Part shown: positions 24,649 to 44,638 of the stretch, piece by piece | Layout of the letters: every line of letters begins with the position of its first letter | Numbering within the stretch: the stretch's first letter is position 1 | From: Rhizaria sp. SCN 62-66 | Taxonomy: Eukaryota | Length of the DNA stretch: 64,000 nucleotides | Assembly (NCBI GenBank): GCA_001724265.1 | Contig: MEDY01000023.1 | Span: forward strand, 1 to 64,000 | Direction: 5' to 3' | Translations under genes and position numbers: made by a program | Notes under the pieces: generated by a model | What the model was told of the DNA's origin: nothing | Databases searched by the model: none | The model's input: the letters and a program-made list of their open reading frames with translations, nothing else

Positions 24649-25302
24649 TTGCGTTGTTGTTCGTTTGAGCGTGATCTTGCGACTGTATTGCATATCACAA
24701 CAATAATTCGATCACAATATTTATATCGACTCTTTTCTTACTCAATTTCCGACTTTCTCTCACTGTTTTCTCTCTTCTTTCCTTTCCCTTCGCTTCTTAG
24801 CGGATGACACGATCCAGTTCACGTATGACGCCGCGGCGTTCGAGGCGATCCAGCCCGACCCGGCCTTCGTAAACCCGGGCGAGGCCAACTGGCAACGTCT
24901 GCGCGCGCACTGGACCCGCAACTCGGACCCCAACGCGCAGGACCAGGTACGTTCACGTTCACGTCGCTCACAACAACAGATATAAACATATCGCTCACTT
25001 TGGAGAAACGCATCTTCTAACGACATGTTATTCTATTATCTATATCAAGATGCTTTTTATTTGATGAAACAAGCATCTTGTGTTTGAAATAATGACTCTT
25101 GCCCTTGCTTTTTCTCAATTTTCCGCTGCCTGTGATTTGTTTTTGTTTCTTCTCTGCGCAGGACGACGAGGACACGATCCACGACATCGACGTCGAGCAC
25201 GTCATGGTCTGTCTGCACCAGTACAAGCCTTTCCCGGCTCACGTCCCGCTCAACAGCATGATTGAGATCCTCTCCGTGCTCTGGGAGGAGGAGGGGTTCT
25301 AA
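23993..25302 (+). CDS. DUF4050 (Gag1-like clamp) family protein, 3 exons
   Basis: Exons 23993-24560, 24801-24946, 25162-25302. Motifs FVNPGEANWQRLRAHW and PFPAHVPLNSMIEILSVLWEEEGF, with TAA at the family-typical C-terminus. Confidence 0.8.
24609..24660. repeat. Intronic (TGT/TGC)n trinucleotide repeat
   Basis: tgttgctgttgctgttgctgctgttgc... inside intron 24561-24800. Confidence 0.8.
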
Positions 25303-25633
25303 TTAAGACAGGTACCGTACCAGGCGGTTCTAAACGATCGAATCGATACGGGGAACTTCTAAACAGTAGATCCGTAATGGAAATACGATATCAAACAAAA
25401 CTAGGATGATTTATAAGCAAAAAGGACTAACCACATGTATCGTGAGATAGAAAAGATACAGAAACATAACATGTATGATTACACTCGCTATACACTGGAG
25501 TAAAAATTTGTTGCTTTTGTATGAAAATGAATCACGGACTTCCGTACTTACTTACATTAAACATGAATAGGCACTTGGCTTTGGCCCGAGTCAATGAGTC
25601 AAACAGATAATACATGTACTTAACGAAATTATA

Positions 25634-25665
25634 AAACTAAACTAAACTAAGCTAAGCTAAACTGA
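25634..25665. repeat. Short (AAACT/AAGCT)n pentanucleotide repeat downstream of RagC/D
   Basis: aaactaaactaaactaagctaagctaaactga. Confidence 0.7.
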
Positions 25666-25721
25666 GCCGAGAGGCTCACCTACGACTCATACGTCGCACA
25701 CAGTGAGACACAGTACGTCTC

Positions 25722-27759
25722 TCAATTGTGCATGCGCGGCGGCGGCAGCCCCCCGCCGCCGCCGCCCTGCTGCTGGCCCTGCCCCGGCTGGCCCTGTTGG
25801 TACGACCCTGGACCCGGCAGCAGCGCCGCGCCGCCGACCGACCCCGCGCCCGCGCCTGCCGCCCCCGCCGCGCCTGCGGCCGCGGCGGCGGCAGCAGCAG
25901 CAGCGGCGGCGGCGGCAGCGGCAGCGGCGGCGGCGGGGGAGGCGACGCCCATAGCCAGGGGTGTGCTGTCGATCTTGGCCGCGCTGGCAGCGGCGTTTGC
26001 TGCATTGGCGCCGCTGTTAAAGGGGGAGCCCACGCCGACGCCGCCGTGTCCGTGGCCGATGAGGGGAGTGCCGACCGCGCTCCTGTTGCCCGCCGCGCCG
26101 CCGGCGCCGCTGGCGAGGGTGGGCCGGACAGCAGAGGGCGGCTGGATCAGTCCGGGCGGGGCGGGGTGGGAAGAGAAGACGGCGATCTTGAACAGCTTGC
26201 CGATGGCTTCCTTGAACTTGGCGAAGTTGTAGTCGATGAGCCCGGCCTTGGAGTGCGCCTTGCTAGCCATGATGGTCACCAGCGCCAAAGACGGGTTGAT
26301 GCGGCGCATCGAGAGCACGTAGCTGTTGGCCAGCGCGATCGTAGAGACCGAGTCGTCACAGTCCAGAGCGCCGCGCGCGCCGTAGATGCACGAGACGTCG
26401 AGGATCACGTCGATCATGTCCGCGCACAGCTCATACACCTGCGGGAATCATGGTGAGGGCAGAAAGAAAATCAAACAGAGAAGTTATTAGATAAGCATTG
26501 AATTTCGTTGAGATAATAGCAATTTAAGAACACACTTTTAGAGTGTGATCATGTGATCATAGGAGTAAAACAACACATGATGGACAAGCAATTTCTCAAA
26601 TAGTGCCGATATACGTCTTCAAATCTTGCGTCTGCGTACCTGGCTGTCCATGCGCGACGAGTCCGTCGAGAGGTAGAGCTTCGAGAGCACGTCAAACACG
26701 AAGACCTTGTCCATGACGCAGGACGACAGCAGCCCGTCGAGCAACTTCTCCATGAGCCCCAGCTGCGGGATGAGCTGCTGAACGACGCGTGACAGCGCCT
26801 CGAAGACGCTGTGATCGAAAATCGACGTCAGGTGGAACGTGATGCGCAGAGGCAGCTTGGCGAGCCGGAACTCCTCCAGGATGGTGCGCTTGATCTCGGC
26901 GTGAGAGTCGGAGCGGTGCTCGTCAGTGATGTACGAGTCCGAGTCGACCTTGTGCAGCAGCACCGTCAGCGACAGCGCGGGGTTCACCTACAGACAGATA
27001 GCAGACAGAGACAAAGCAGAGAGAAAGATGAGAGTGAGCGACATAATGTAAAGTATAGGTCGCATCAAAATGAACGGTTTTCAAAAGAAAACTAAAAAAA
27101 TAAGATGTGAAATAACACACAACATATACAAATAACAGTGATCTAACAAAGGAGCAAGTATTAGGAGCACTAGGAAGTGTTTTGTTGCGTCGTACCTGGT
27201 AGGCGGTGGAGGCGGTGTAGAGGAGGTACTCGACGGCGTCGGCAAAGCTCTCCTCGTCCTGCGAATCAATCACAAACACAAGTGCGCCGGCGCGGGAAAA
27301 GATGCGGTCGGCCGTGACCTTGGACTTCTTGTCGAAGAACTCGTAGTTGCCGGGGAAGTCGAGCAGCTGGAACTGGATGAGCGCCGAAGGTAACAGCGCG
27401 GGCGGCAGCGGCGGGTAGTCTGCCTTGCGCACCTCCGTCGTCGGCTCGATGAAGAGCGTTTCGTGCGGGGACATTTTGCTAAAGACGACCTTCTGGATGG
27501 AGGTCTTGCCGCTGCGGCGCGGGCCCATGAGGAAGATGCGCGGGCGTTGGTCCGACGTGTTGTTGAGCAGCGTCGCCAGGTCCTCGACGTACGAGTTCTG
27601 GTACGGGGGCTGGTCGAAGCTAGCCTACATCGGTGCGCGAAGAAACGAAGGTAGTATCATGGGGTAGAAAAGCTAAGTGAGTATCCTTCAGGCGCATTTA
27701 ATTTCGTTTCAGGCTTGCTAGCATGTGCTGTGGCGTAGGAGAAATGAGGGACGGACCAT
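25722..27759 (-). CDS. RRAGC: Rag GTPase RagC/D (Gtr2), ~498 aa, 4 coding exons
   Basis: Exons 27759-27757 (ATG only), 27624-27196, 26987-26640, 26438-25722; ends TGA. Motifs RIFLMGPRRSGKTSIQKVVFSKMSPHETLF, DFPG, HKVD, FHLTSIFDHSVFEALSRVVQ, YELCADMIDV, GLIDYNF. Confidence 0.93.
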
Positions 27760-28155
27760 GGTAGAGTTGTGGAGACTCGCGAGAGTTGGGGAGAGCGGCT
27801 GTGGGGGCTGGACGGCGTTAAATAACACTGATATTCACTAGAATAGCACTAATGCAATGTCTATTATTCGGGAAAGCTATACACGTAGCAATCAAACGAC
27901 CGGATTCATCTCTCCCAGACACATCATTTCACTCTGCCCCTGCCTGCCTGCCAGAGTGGAGTCGCGTCGGTCGCAGCAGCTACGGCAGGTTCCCAAAAAA
28001 TCTGGACAACCACACGTTGCCCGCCGACCGGATTCGCCATTATTCTTCACCAAACGATCGTCAATAAACCTAGAATACGAGTATAATACTTGAACACACA
28101 TATTAAACATTGTATCTTTATAACACTCTCACACAACTTGATATATCCCCGCTAA

Positions 28156-35614
<7,459 letters not shown>

Positions 35615-36013
35615 CACACACAACTCGACTGCATGCGACACACATATGTCGTCGCATATGATTGGAGACTCATGAGACTTACATAACGCTAGTTACAGTG
35701 GGCTGTTGTGACATCATATCATGGATTGCATAATGTATAATTATATTAGTGTTTGAACTGTTTACTTAGTGTTTTATCAAATACACATTGATTTGAATCA
35801 TAATCTTATGTTATTGAGTGTTATTTATTCTAAATTTAACAGTTTCGTCCCCCCGCAAATGTGCGATGAGATGAATCTGCTCCGCGCTGGCCTGGACGGA
35901 CTTGTGTTCCGCAATAGCGCGCGCACCAATTAACAGAAGCAACGAATACATGTCTATAAACTGAGGTCGAAACCACACATATGAACACTGAGGAATAGGA
36001 TCGTATCAAGAGC

Positions 36014-38465
36014 TCACCACCAGCCTCCACTCGTCGGCGGCGTCGATGGCCCCGTAGTCCCGCCATTCGCGCTGTTGTTGTTGTTGTTGCTGCTCGCGCC
36101 GCCGTTGCTCGCCACGGTCTGCAACGCCAGCGGCCTCTGGTGTCCCGCGGGCAGCACCGGCGGCGCCGCGGCCCCAGCGCCAGCGCCGACGCCAGCGCCA
36201 GCGCCGATAGTCACCGTGCCGTACATAATGCTCACGCTGCTGCTGCTCTACATGCGGCCGCCGCTGCCGCCGAGGTTGCTGCTGCTGCGGTGGTGTGCAG
36301 CGCTGATGTTGCTGCTGCTGTGCGCAATGTTGCTGCCACTCTGCTGCATGGCGTGTTGATAGGTAGCTTCAACGCGCTCCGCCTTGGCGCGCAGCAAGTG
36401 CGCGCTGCGGCGCATCTGCTGGTACTTGGTGATCGTCTGCGGCAGTGAGTGGCTCTCTCCGCCCTCGCCGCCCTCTTTCGCCACGCCCAGCCGCGACTCG
36501 AGCGCCTCCAGGTTCCCGCCGTCCTCATTCGCACTGGCATTTGCACCGGCGTTTCCAGCTTGAGTGGCGACGTTGCCGCTGAAGCTCGGGTTCGCCCCGC
36601 CGCCGCCGCCGCCGTTGTTGCTCGTAAACGAGGCAACGCGGCGGCTGAGCTTGAGGTGCTCCTTGGCCATCGAGAGCAACTGGTCGGCCTCGGCCTCGGT
36701 CTGCTCGGCCTTGGCGACGAGTGCTGCAACCACCAGCGGCGGCGACAGCAGCTGCTGCAGCGCGCTGTGTTGCGCGAGCAGTGCCACAATCTCCCCTTCG
36801 CGCGCCGCGAACGCGCGCTCGGCCGCGGCCAGGCGGGCGGCGGCGGCGGCGAGCGCGACCTTGGCCTCGGAAGCGGCAGCGGCGAGGCGCTCGACGGACA
36901 GCGAGTGCGTCTCCACCACGGCGAGCGGGCGGGTGAGGAGCGGGTGCGACAGCGTCCAGGCCTGCACGCGCGCCTGCGAGTTGTCCATGGCGCGCAGCTC
37001 GTCCAGAGACTGGATATGTCGGGTTCGCGAAAAAAAAAAGAAAAAAGAAAAGCAGTCAAACGAAGCGGGAGTGGAAATGATAAAGTTAGATTTTGAAGAT
37101 ATATGAAGATTATCGATCCAATATCACTGTAAAATACGATTTAAATGTTGATATTTTGTTAAATAGCATCATGATCGACGACTGAGACTTTCATTCCGCA
37201 TGATGTGTGATGTTATGAAAAGTGAAACGCGACGTACCAGATTCGCGATTTCCTCATTGGCCAGCTTGAGCACGGGGGCAGAGGCAGGCGTGTCTTTGAA
37301 CACGTCGTCCTTCTCCTCGCTTGCGCCGGCACCCGCGCCGCCGTCCTCTTTGCTGCCGCTCGCAGTGATAGCTGCGGCGTTCTCGGGGTACGAGGGCCGG
37401 CGGTCCCTTAGATTCGGCGGCGGGGCACTTAGGTTCGACGACCCCCCTCCATACTGCTGCTGCTGTTGCAGCTGCGAGTTGAGGGGCGGCGGAGGGCGCT
37501 GAGGCGGCATCGCATTCCCGCCGCTCGCCTGCTGCCACTGCTGGTACTGCGGATACTGCGGCTGCTGCGGCTGGTATTGTTGATACGGCCGCGGCTGATA
37601 CGGGGCCCCCGCGGGCGCGGGCGGCGGCGCGCGCGGGTACAGCGAGATTGAACCCGAGCTTGCACTCGCACCTAATCCTCCAGCACCCGCTCCAGCGCCA
37701 GCGCCAGTGTTCATATTGTTCATATTAGCGTTTGCGCTAGCACCACTGCTGCCTGCGGTAAAGCTTCGACTGCCGCCCGCGCCGCCGCCAGCGCCGTAGC
37801 CTGGCGCGCCGTAGCCCGGAGCATTTGGGTTGTTGAGAGAGGCGTTCGCGGCCTGCGCGACGGACATCGGCACGGGGGGGTCGAGCGGGAGTGCGCGGGT
37901 GATGCCCTGGACGACAGAGAGCACGGACTCGCCCTGGGGAGTCCAGTTGGCGATGGCGGGGCAGCGGGAGAGGAAGCCTGCGGGGTCGATCCAGGGGTGC
38001 AAGACAGGGTTCGAGATCTGGGGAGTTGACAAGAGACCAGATGGAAAAATGCAATGTGCAGAAAACAGTGAGAATTGACACACGATGGGTTGAGAGCAAA
38101 GATAAAGAACAAGTGAGCGATTTCAAAAAGATAACAAGTCACAGTTTATACGATTGACATTGTTTGAAGCCCTCATGTAGTTATCTAGACTTGCAAGACA
38201 ACCTGAAACGCATGATGAAGGGAGAGTTGCTGTTTAGTTCGATTGAGCGACGTACGCGGCACGTGAAGGGCGTGGTGGGGAAGTCGGGCGGGACCGTCGT
38301 GGTCATGCGGAGCGAACCGTACGCGGTGGATATCTGCACGTCGAAGGAGTTGCCGTCGGCGGCCCAGGTGGCGGCGGGGAGCCCTCGCTTGAGGGTTTCA
38401 AGCTCGGTGCGCCGCCGCTGCTCCTCAGGGGTCTCCTTTTTCTTGCTCCGGCCGAAGAAAAACAT
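36014..38465 (-). CDS. VPS37: ESCRT-I subunit VPS37 (VPS37A-like: UEV-like N-terminus + Mod(r) domain), 3 exons, one in-frame TAG
   Basis: Exons 38465-38256, 38017-37238, 37009-36014. Motifs VPPDFPTTP, VLHPWID, NWTPQGESVLSVVQ; Mod(r) AEQTEAEADQL..KYQQMRRSAHLLRAKAE. TAG at 36250-36248 is followed by 77 more coding-like codons to TGA at 36016-36014. Confidence 0.78.
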
Positions 38466-38925
38466 CGGGCTGCAGGGAGAAAGCAAGCTTAGCCTGCTAA
38501 ACTAGAAAGCTGTTTACGTTGCCTTGTGGCGGTTAGATGCTAGCGCGCAAGAGAGGAGCGCGGTGATGCGGTGGGGAAAGTGTGGTGACTGTGCAGATTG
38601 AGTGAGCACGAGGCGAAACGAGAACAGCTACTAGACAAGCAAGGTGATCTCAATGAAAGATTTAATTCAATGATCAGTACCAAATAAGACATGATGTTAC
38701 GAAAATACAGCCTGCAGTCTAGTTAACGGTCACACTGGGTCAATATCTATGCTTTTCAGACGGACAACAACAACCTCTCTCTCACTCGCTCGGATCGCGT
38801 CGCCCCAATTCTTCGAAGTCGATTCGTGGTGAACTAAACATTTTTCTGTATTCCTCCTCCAAACCACATCGAGATGAAACAAAAGTTGTTAAAATAGATA
38901 CCAAACAGCCATATAAGATTCATAC

Positions 38926-41232
38926 TTACTTCTTGTTGACGGTGAACGCGATGTTATCGTAGTCCTTGTCCTTGCAATGCTCGCGCGTGATGGTCGCCAG
39001 CTCGCTGCCGTGCTCGACCCCCGTGGCCGCGCCCGCCGTCGCGCCGCGCTGCGCGAGCGCCGCCAGCGCGACCTCGACGGGCTGCGCGGCCCTCGCTGCG
39101 GCCGCCGCGGCCGCCTTGGCTGCCTCGGGGTCGCGCATGCCCTCCGGCCGCGCCTTGGGGGCAGTGCGCACGTCCGCCGCCGCGCGCGCCCCTTCGTCGC
39201 GCACGAAGCCATTCCGGCCCTCGTAGTCGGCGGCCAGATCGAAGTCCTGGGCCGTGAGCGCGTCCCAGACCCAGGCGGGTAGCCGGTGGTCGGCGAAGTT
39301 GAGCGCAAGGTTCTCGCGCACGAAGGCCTCGAACCGGCCGGCGAGGAGCGACTCGCGCATCAGCTTCATGTAGTGCGCCATGTAGCCCATGTTGTGGATC
39401 GACAACAGGTGGCACCCGAGCGGCTGCTTGCCCGCGATGTGGTGCAGGTACGACCGGGGGTACTTCCACTTGCTACACACGTCACAGAGGCACGTCTCGC
39501 ACAGAACGCGGTGGTCCTCGGCGAACTTGGTGCTCGACAGCTTCAGCAGCCCGTCGGGCACGATCGCGGTGCCGAAGCGCGCCGTTCGGCACGGCCACAC
39601 GCAGTCGAACATGTCGACGCCCATCGCCACGCAGACGAGCAGGTCGACCGGGTACCCGACGCCCATGAGGTAGCGCGGCTTGTCAGAGGGCAGGTGCGTT
39701 GCGCACAGGTCGACAACACGCCAGAACTCCTCTTTGTCCTCGCCACCGGCCAGACCGCCAATCGCATAGCCTATCGGTGGGATAAAAAATAGATAAGGAG
39801 ATTTGACAAGGTATATGAGGGATTTGCCAAAAAATAAGTTTAGATGTAAGATTATTAGCACTGCTAGACATTGCGTTTTGTTAAAGAGTTTCTTCAAGTG
39901 AGACGTACCCGGGAGGTCGCGCTTGATCATCTCCTCGAGGCAGCGGCGGCGCAGTGGGGCCTGGAGGCCGCCCTGGATGATGCCGAACAGATTCTGCACG
40001 TCGGGCTTCTTGTGCGCCGCGATGCACCGGTCAAGCCACCGGATAGAGCGCTCCATCGCCTCCTCCACACGGGGGCCGACTACAGTGAGTGCGAGTCAAA
40101 AGCAAGCGAGCAAGCGAGATGATTGAATTATGTGAGACTTAAGAGCATAGACAAACGACTATAGAGCTGAAACAAGAAAAATGGTTAGATTGTCGTGAAT
40201 TCCACACAAATATTATAAAAAAATCATTGAAAAGATGAGATAAATATGAAATATCTGCGTACCGGTCATGGAGTGGCAGACGTCATCGAGCGCCATGAGG
40301 ATGTCCGCGCCGATCTCATTCTGGTACTGCACGGAGCGCTCGGGCGTGAGCAGCAACATCGACCCGTCGACGGGGGACTTGAACTTGACGCCCTGTTCGT
40401 TGATCTCGGCCAGCTCGACCAGCGACACCATCTGGAAGCCTCCGGAGTCGGTCAGTAGGTTCTTGTCCCAGTTCATGAAGGCGTGCAGCCCACCCTTGCG
40501 GTGCACGACGTCCGTCCCGGGGCGCACGCCGAGATGGTACGTGTTGCCGAGGATGATGTTGATGTCCGGGATCGCCTCCACCTGCTTCGCGCACACGCCC
40601 TTGATTGCGCCCTGTGTCCCCACGGGCATGAACACCGGGGTCTGCACAGTCCCATGCGGCAGCTCGAGCGTGCCCGCACGCGCCTTGCCGTGCTTCGCGC
40701 GCTCCGTAAACCGCAGCGCCGGGGACCGCGCCGAGAAGGGCTTGAAGGCCGCCAGACTCGCGAAGTGCGAGCTCGGGTTGGCGACCTCTGACCGGGCGAC
40801 CCCCCACTCCTCGGGCGCGTAGGGCTAGAGATGGATCGCCGTACGCGACGCCGCGCTCACCACCGCAGGAGCAGCGACAGCACCGTCGGTCGCCGTAGCA
40901 GCGGCAGTGGCGTTGGCGGGGGCCGTGGTGGAGCGGTTTTTGGACGGCCGCACGACTGCAGCGGCCGCATTCGCGCTTGCACTGGTATTCGCGCCAGCGT
41001 TAGAGTTCACAGTGGCGATGCTGGGGGAGGCGGCGCCGGGGCTGCGGCTGCGACTGCGAGCGCGGGGGGCCACGCTGGCGGTGTGGTTGTTACTCGTGTC
41101 GGCGTCACTCATGGCGATAGCGTTGTTGTTGCTGTTATCGGCTTGCTTGGAGCGCTTGGCGACGTGGTTGACCGCGGGGGATCCAGTGTTAGAGCTAGCA
41201 GAGGCGTTGGCGCTAGAACTCGAATCAGACAT
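38926..41232 (-). CDS. QTRT1: Queuine tRNA-ribosyltransferase catalytic subunit (TGT), 3 exons, one in-frame TAG
   Basis: Exons 41232-40263, 40079-39909, 39770-38926; ends TAA. Motifs [97 protein letters not shown] at 40827-40825 lies between the available ATGs and the catalytic domain. Confidence 0.92.
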
Positions 41233-42644
41233 GATTTGCGCGTTGAAGCTGCTGTAGTAGTGGCTGTCGTACTGCACTCGCGTCGATGAACCACTGTTGG
41301 AGTTGTCCTCTGCGTCGTCTGCAAACGAGTCGGAGCTAGAACTGGCTGCTTTGAGGTTCTGAGCGTGAGAACTCTTGGGCTTGGTGTTGGTGTTGCTGTA
41401 CGGCGACGGGGGGCGCGGGCGCGGACGAAGCAACGGCTTTACCGAGGGCAAACTGACGCCAGAGACAGAGACGGCAGGGTTGCTGTGAGCGGGACTGTTG
41501 ACGACACTGCTGCTGCTGCTGCTGCTGGTGCGGCGGCGACTGCTGCGGTGGGAGTGGCGCGGGTGCAGGGCGGTGGAGGCGACACTGGTGACAACCGAGA
41601 GCGGGGCCAGGGACGCAAACACAGAGCTGCTGTAGACGCGACGACTAGTGTTAGTGCGAGTGTTCGAGCCAGAGCTAGAGCTGGAGCTGGAGCTAGAGCT
41701 AGGGCAGTTGTGGGTGCTAACGAGCGCAGGCGCGGGGACGACAAAGGTCTTGGCTGCGACTGTGTACGCGCGCGCTGCTGCTACAACTGCTGCCGCTGAT
41801 GTAGTGGTTGTTGTTGAAGCGTGGGGTGTCGCGGTTGCGGAGAATGAGGCAAGGCGACGGGCTGCGGCGGCGAGAATGGTGCCCGGGAGCGAGGAACGCG
41901 GACGCGGCACGGGGAGTGTACGGCGAACGCGCGGGAAAAAAGGGGGCACAGCGCAACAAGACGTGCGGTGTGCGGAGGGAGAGAACTGGTGAAGCGAGCG
42001 GGCCGGAGGGAGGAGAAAGAAGCGAGGATGAGCAAAGGGATGGGGGGAGATTTTCAAGGGCTTCGGAAGAGGCCAAGCGCGTCTTGTTTAGCAAAATGAA
42101 TAGTAGACCACGGCACAAAACTCACGGGATAGACGATATACCGCTGATAAATGCACTGGTTATCGACTCATACGGCACCCAGAGACGCTCCCCGTCGGCA
42201 CTTCGCACCGCCCTTTGTTTGTGGTCACCGTATGCCATTTTTGGGAACCAGCCCAAGCGAGATCGCCGCGCCGCGACGGCACAACACGAGTGACCACAAC
42301 TGGGGTAGCGTGGATTCCGCGAGGTCATGTTGAAGGAAAGCGATCGTCATTCATTGTAGAACTTGATGTGCAGATAGAAATATTGCTTGTGAAAATGTTA
42401 TATAAATTCTATTCCAGAGAGAAGCTGTTTACCCCTGTGCCGACCCGTTCCCGTTCATGACTCGACTCACCCTTTGCCTCATCTTCTCGCCCCGCTTTCC
42501 GCCCATGCTGCGCCCCACAGTCCGCTTCTTTCCACTCTGCAACTTGATAACGCAACAACTGCGCGTGTTTTACTCAAACTAACTACACCAGCACTCCGCT
42601 CCAGCACACCCTACGCGCGCCTACCGCACTGAAAGCTCAGCAAC

Positions 42645-43766
42645 ATGTCTTGGCGCGGTGCCCAGCGCGTTGACCCAAACAAGGTCGTGCCGATCATCTC
42701 CCACAACGACGACGACGCCACGGTCGCGCCCATCCTGCTCCAGGAGACGCGCTCGCACGAGGTCCGTCCGCCCGTGCTGTACCCGGCTCGCAGGCTCACC
42801 CGTCTCGACCTCCCCTCGGCAGACCTCAAGGTACGTCAAATCAAGCAAGCTCGAACCTTAAGCTAATATTTCTCGCTTGTATCGACACATCGAAGCTTCT
42901 ATCTCCACTATAAAACTAATAACAATTTGTTCTATTATTGACATTGTTCTTATTGTTTAAATCCCACATATACGCACTCTAAACCACTTTTTATGCAACT
43001 TGTTTTCTTTCCCGACTTGCCTTCTGCCTGCCTACAGTCTGTCGAGTACGCCAAGCGTCTGCTTGACCGTTTCTCATACAGCGGCTTTCACCAGGACTAC
43101 GCCACTATCTCCATCACTTCTGGCGCCTCCTCCTCGTCCTCCGCGACTTCCTTTACGACCAACAAGGCCTCCTCGGCTGGCTCCGCGGCCGCGCTGCGCA
43201 AGTACTCGGACAAGTTCCGCGTCATGATGGGCGTGCGCACGGTCGCCGACGAGGTCGACCCGTCGTCGCTGCACCTCTTCCCGGCCGAGCTGCGCCGCTT
43301 CCTCACCTCGCGCAAGCGAACGGCCGAGGTGATGCTTGGCGTCGCCTCCGCGGCCTCGGCGCCCGTATCGCTGTCGACGATCTCGAGCACGATCCGCGAG
43401 CTGGGCACCAACAAGCGCATGCGGCTCGACTCGCTCATCTCCATGCTCGACGGCTCAGTCAGCTCCATTGCAGGCTCGGCCGCGCGAGAGCGCGAGCGCG
43501 AGCGTGCTGCTGCGGCGGCGGCGGCCGCGGCGGCGGGCGGCGGCGACGGCAAGGACGGGACCAAGAAGGAGGGTGACGGCGGGACCGCGGGCGCCGGGGA
43601 GGACGAGGACGACGAGGGCGGCGACGGAGACGACGACGACGATGAGGAGTTCGACTACGACGACGACAACAGCGACGACGACGATTATACGGCACGCTAC
43701 CACGACGACGACGAAGACGGCGCCAACGCGTTTGGCGACGACGACAACGACGAGGGCGCGTTCTGA
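42645..43766 (+). CDS. POLR3G: RNA polymerase III subunit RPC7/Rpc31, 2 exons
   Basis: Exons 42645-42830 and 43038-43766. Motifs PPVLYP, RKYSDKF, LFPAEL; acidic tail with DDYTARYHDDDE; ends TGA. Confidence 0.75.
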
Positions 43767-44638
43767 GCGCGCGCAATCGCCCTATAAGAGCTTAGTGAGC
43801 TCAGAGAGGACGGAAAGCCCGACGAGGGCGTTAGAATCAGAGAGTCGTATTAGCTGGGACGGCTACTCCAGTATCGAATTACGCAAAGCGTGGATCCCTC
43901 TCTGTGTGTCTTTGGATTGGTCTAGTTTTAGCGTGCGCTTAAATCTGTATGCTAACTATATTTACGCTCTGTACTGTTGCCGCCGCGCGCTATCGCAACT
44001 ATTTTGCGTTTGTTTCGCCGGTCGCTCGGCTTGTCGGCTGGAGAGAAAGGCCGAGGGGAGGGACGATACTTGCCGACGACTTTATACAACATAGTTCCAT
44101 ACTGCACACATTCGTCCTCCAATAGATCCATTTTATAGCAGAGGTCTACCTAAATTTGCATCCCCAATCTCACCCGCCGCGATTTGAGCGAGATATGCCC
44201 CGATGAGTGCCGAATCCTGAGCCGACTCTTGTTTTCTTTCGGCCGGACGCCGGTCAGACTGGCACGTGATGAACGGACATTGACCGAGTCCCAGTGACGA
44301 TCGGTTGTGTTCTGCTTAAGTGGCCCGAAAAGCTCAATTTTCGCAGCATTATGCGCGCTACAGTCCGTTAAGCGTTATAGTCCGACTATGACGCAGGTAC
44401 TGTGCTATGATGTATATTTATTTAATATTGCTTTTTCAAACAAGTGATTGCGGTGCCGCCTAAACGCACTCTGCTGGCGGCCGCAGGAATCGCAGTTTGG
44501 CAAGACAACGGCCGCGTCGGCGTCGCTTCTTTTGTCACTCACATACGTCCCCGTTTGTCTTAATTTTGCTGCCTTATTGTAGCACCTCTTGTTAGCTATA
44601 TAATACCGCGCGATTTCCGCGTTTGAGGCCGATCTTGC

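Noticed and set aside
27625-27630. ATG-TAG at the RagC/D start as a ninth in-frame TAG
   Set aside because: The TAG is equally well the acceptor of intron 27756-27625 after an upstream ATG|GTCCGT, so it was not counted as code evidence.
44200-44330. Possible C/D-box snoRNA (GTGATGA) or E-box (CACGTG) upstream of CLC
   Set aside because: No properly placed downstream CTGA D-box or terminal stem; such short motifs are expected by chance.
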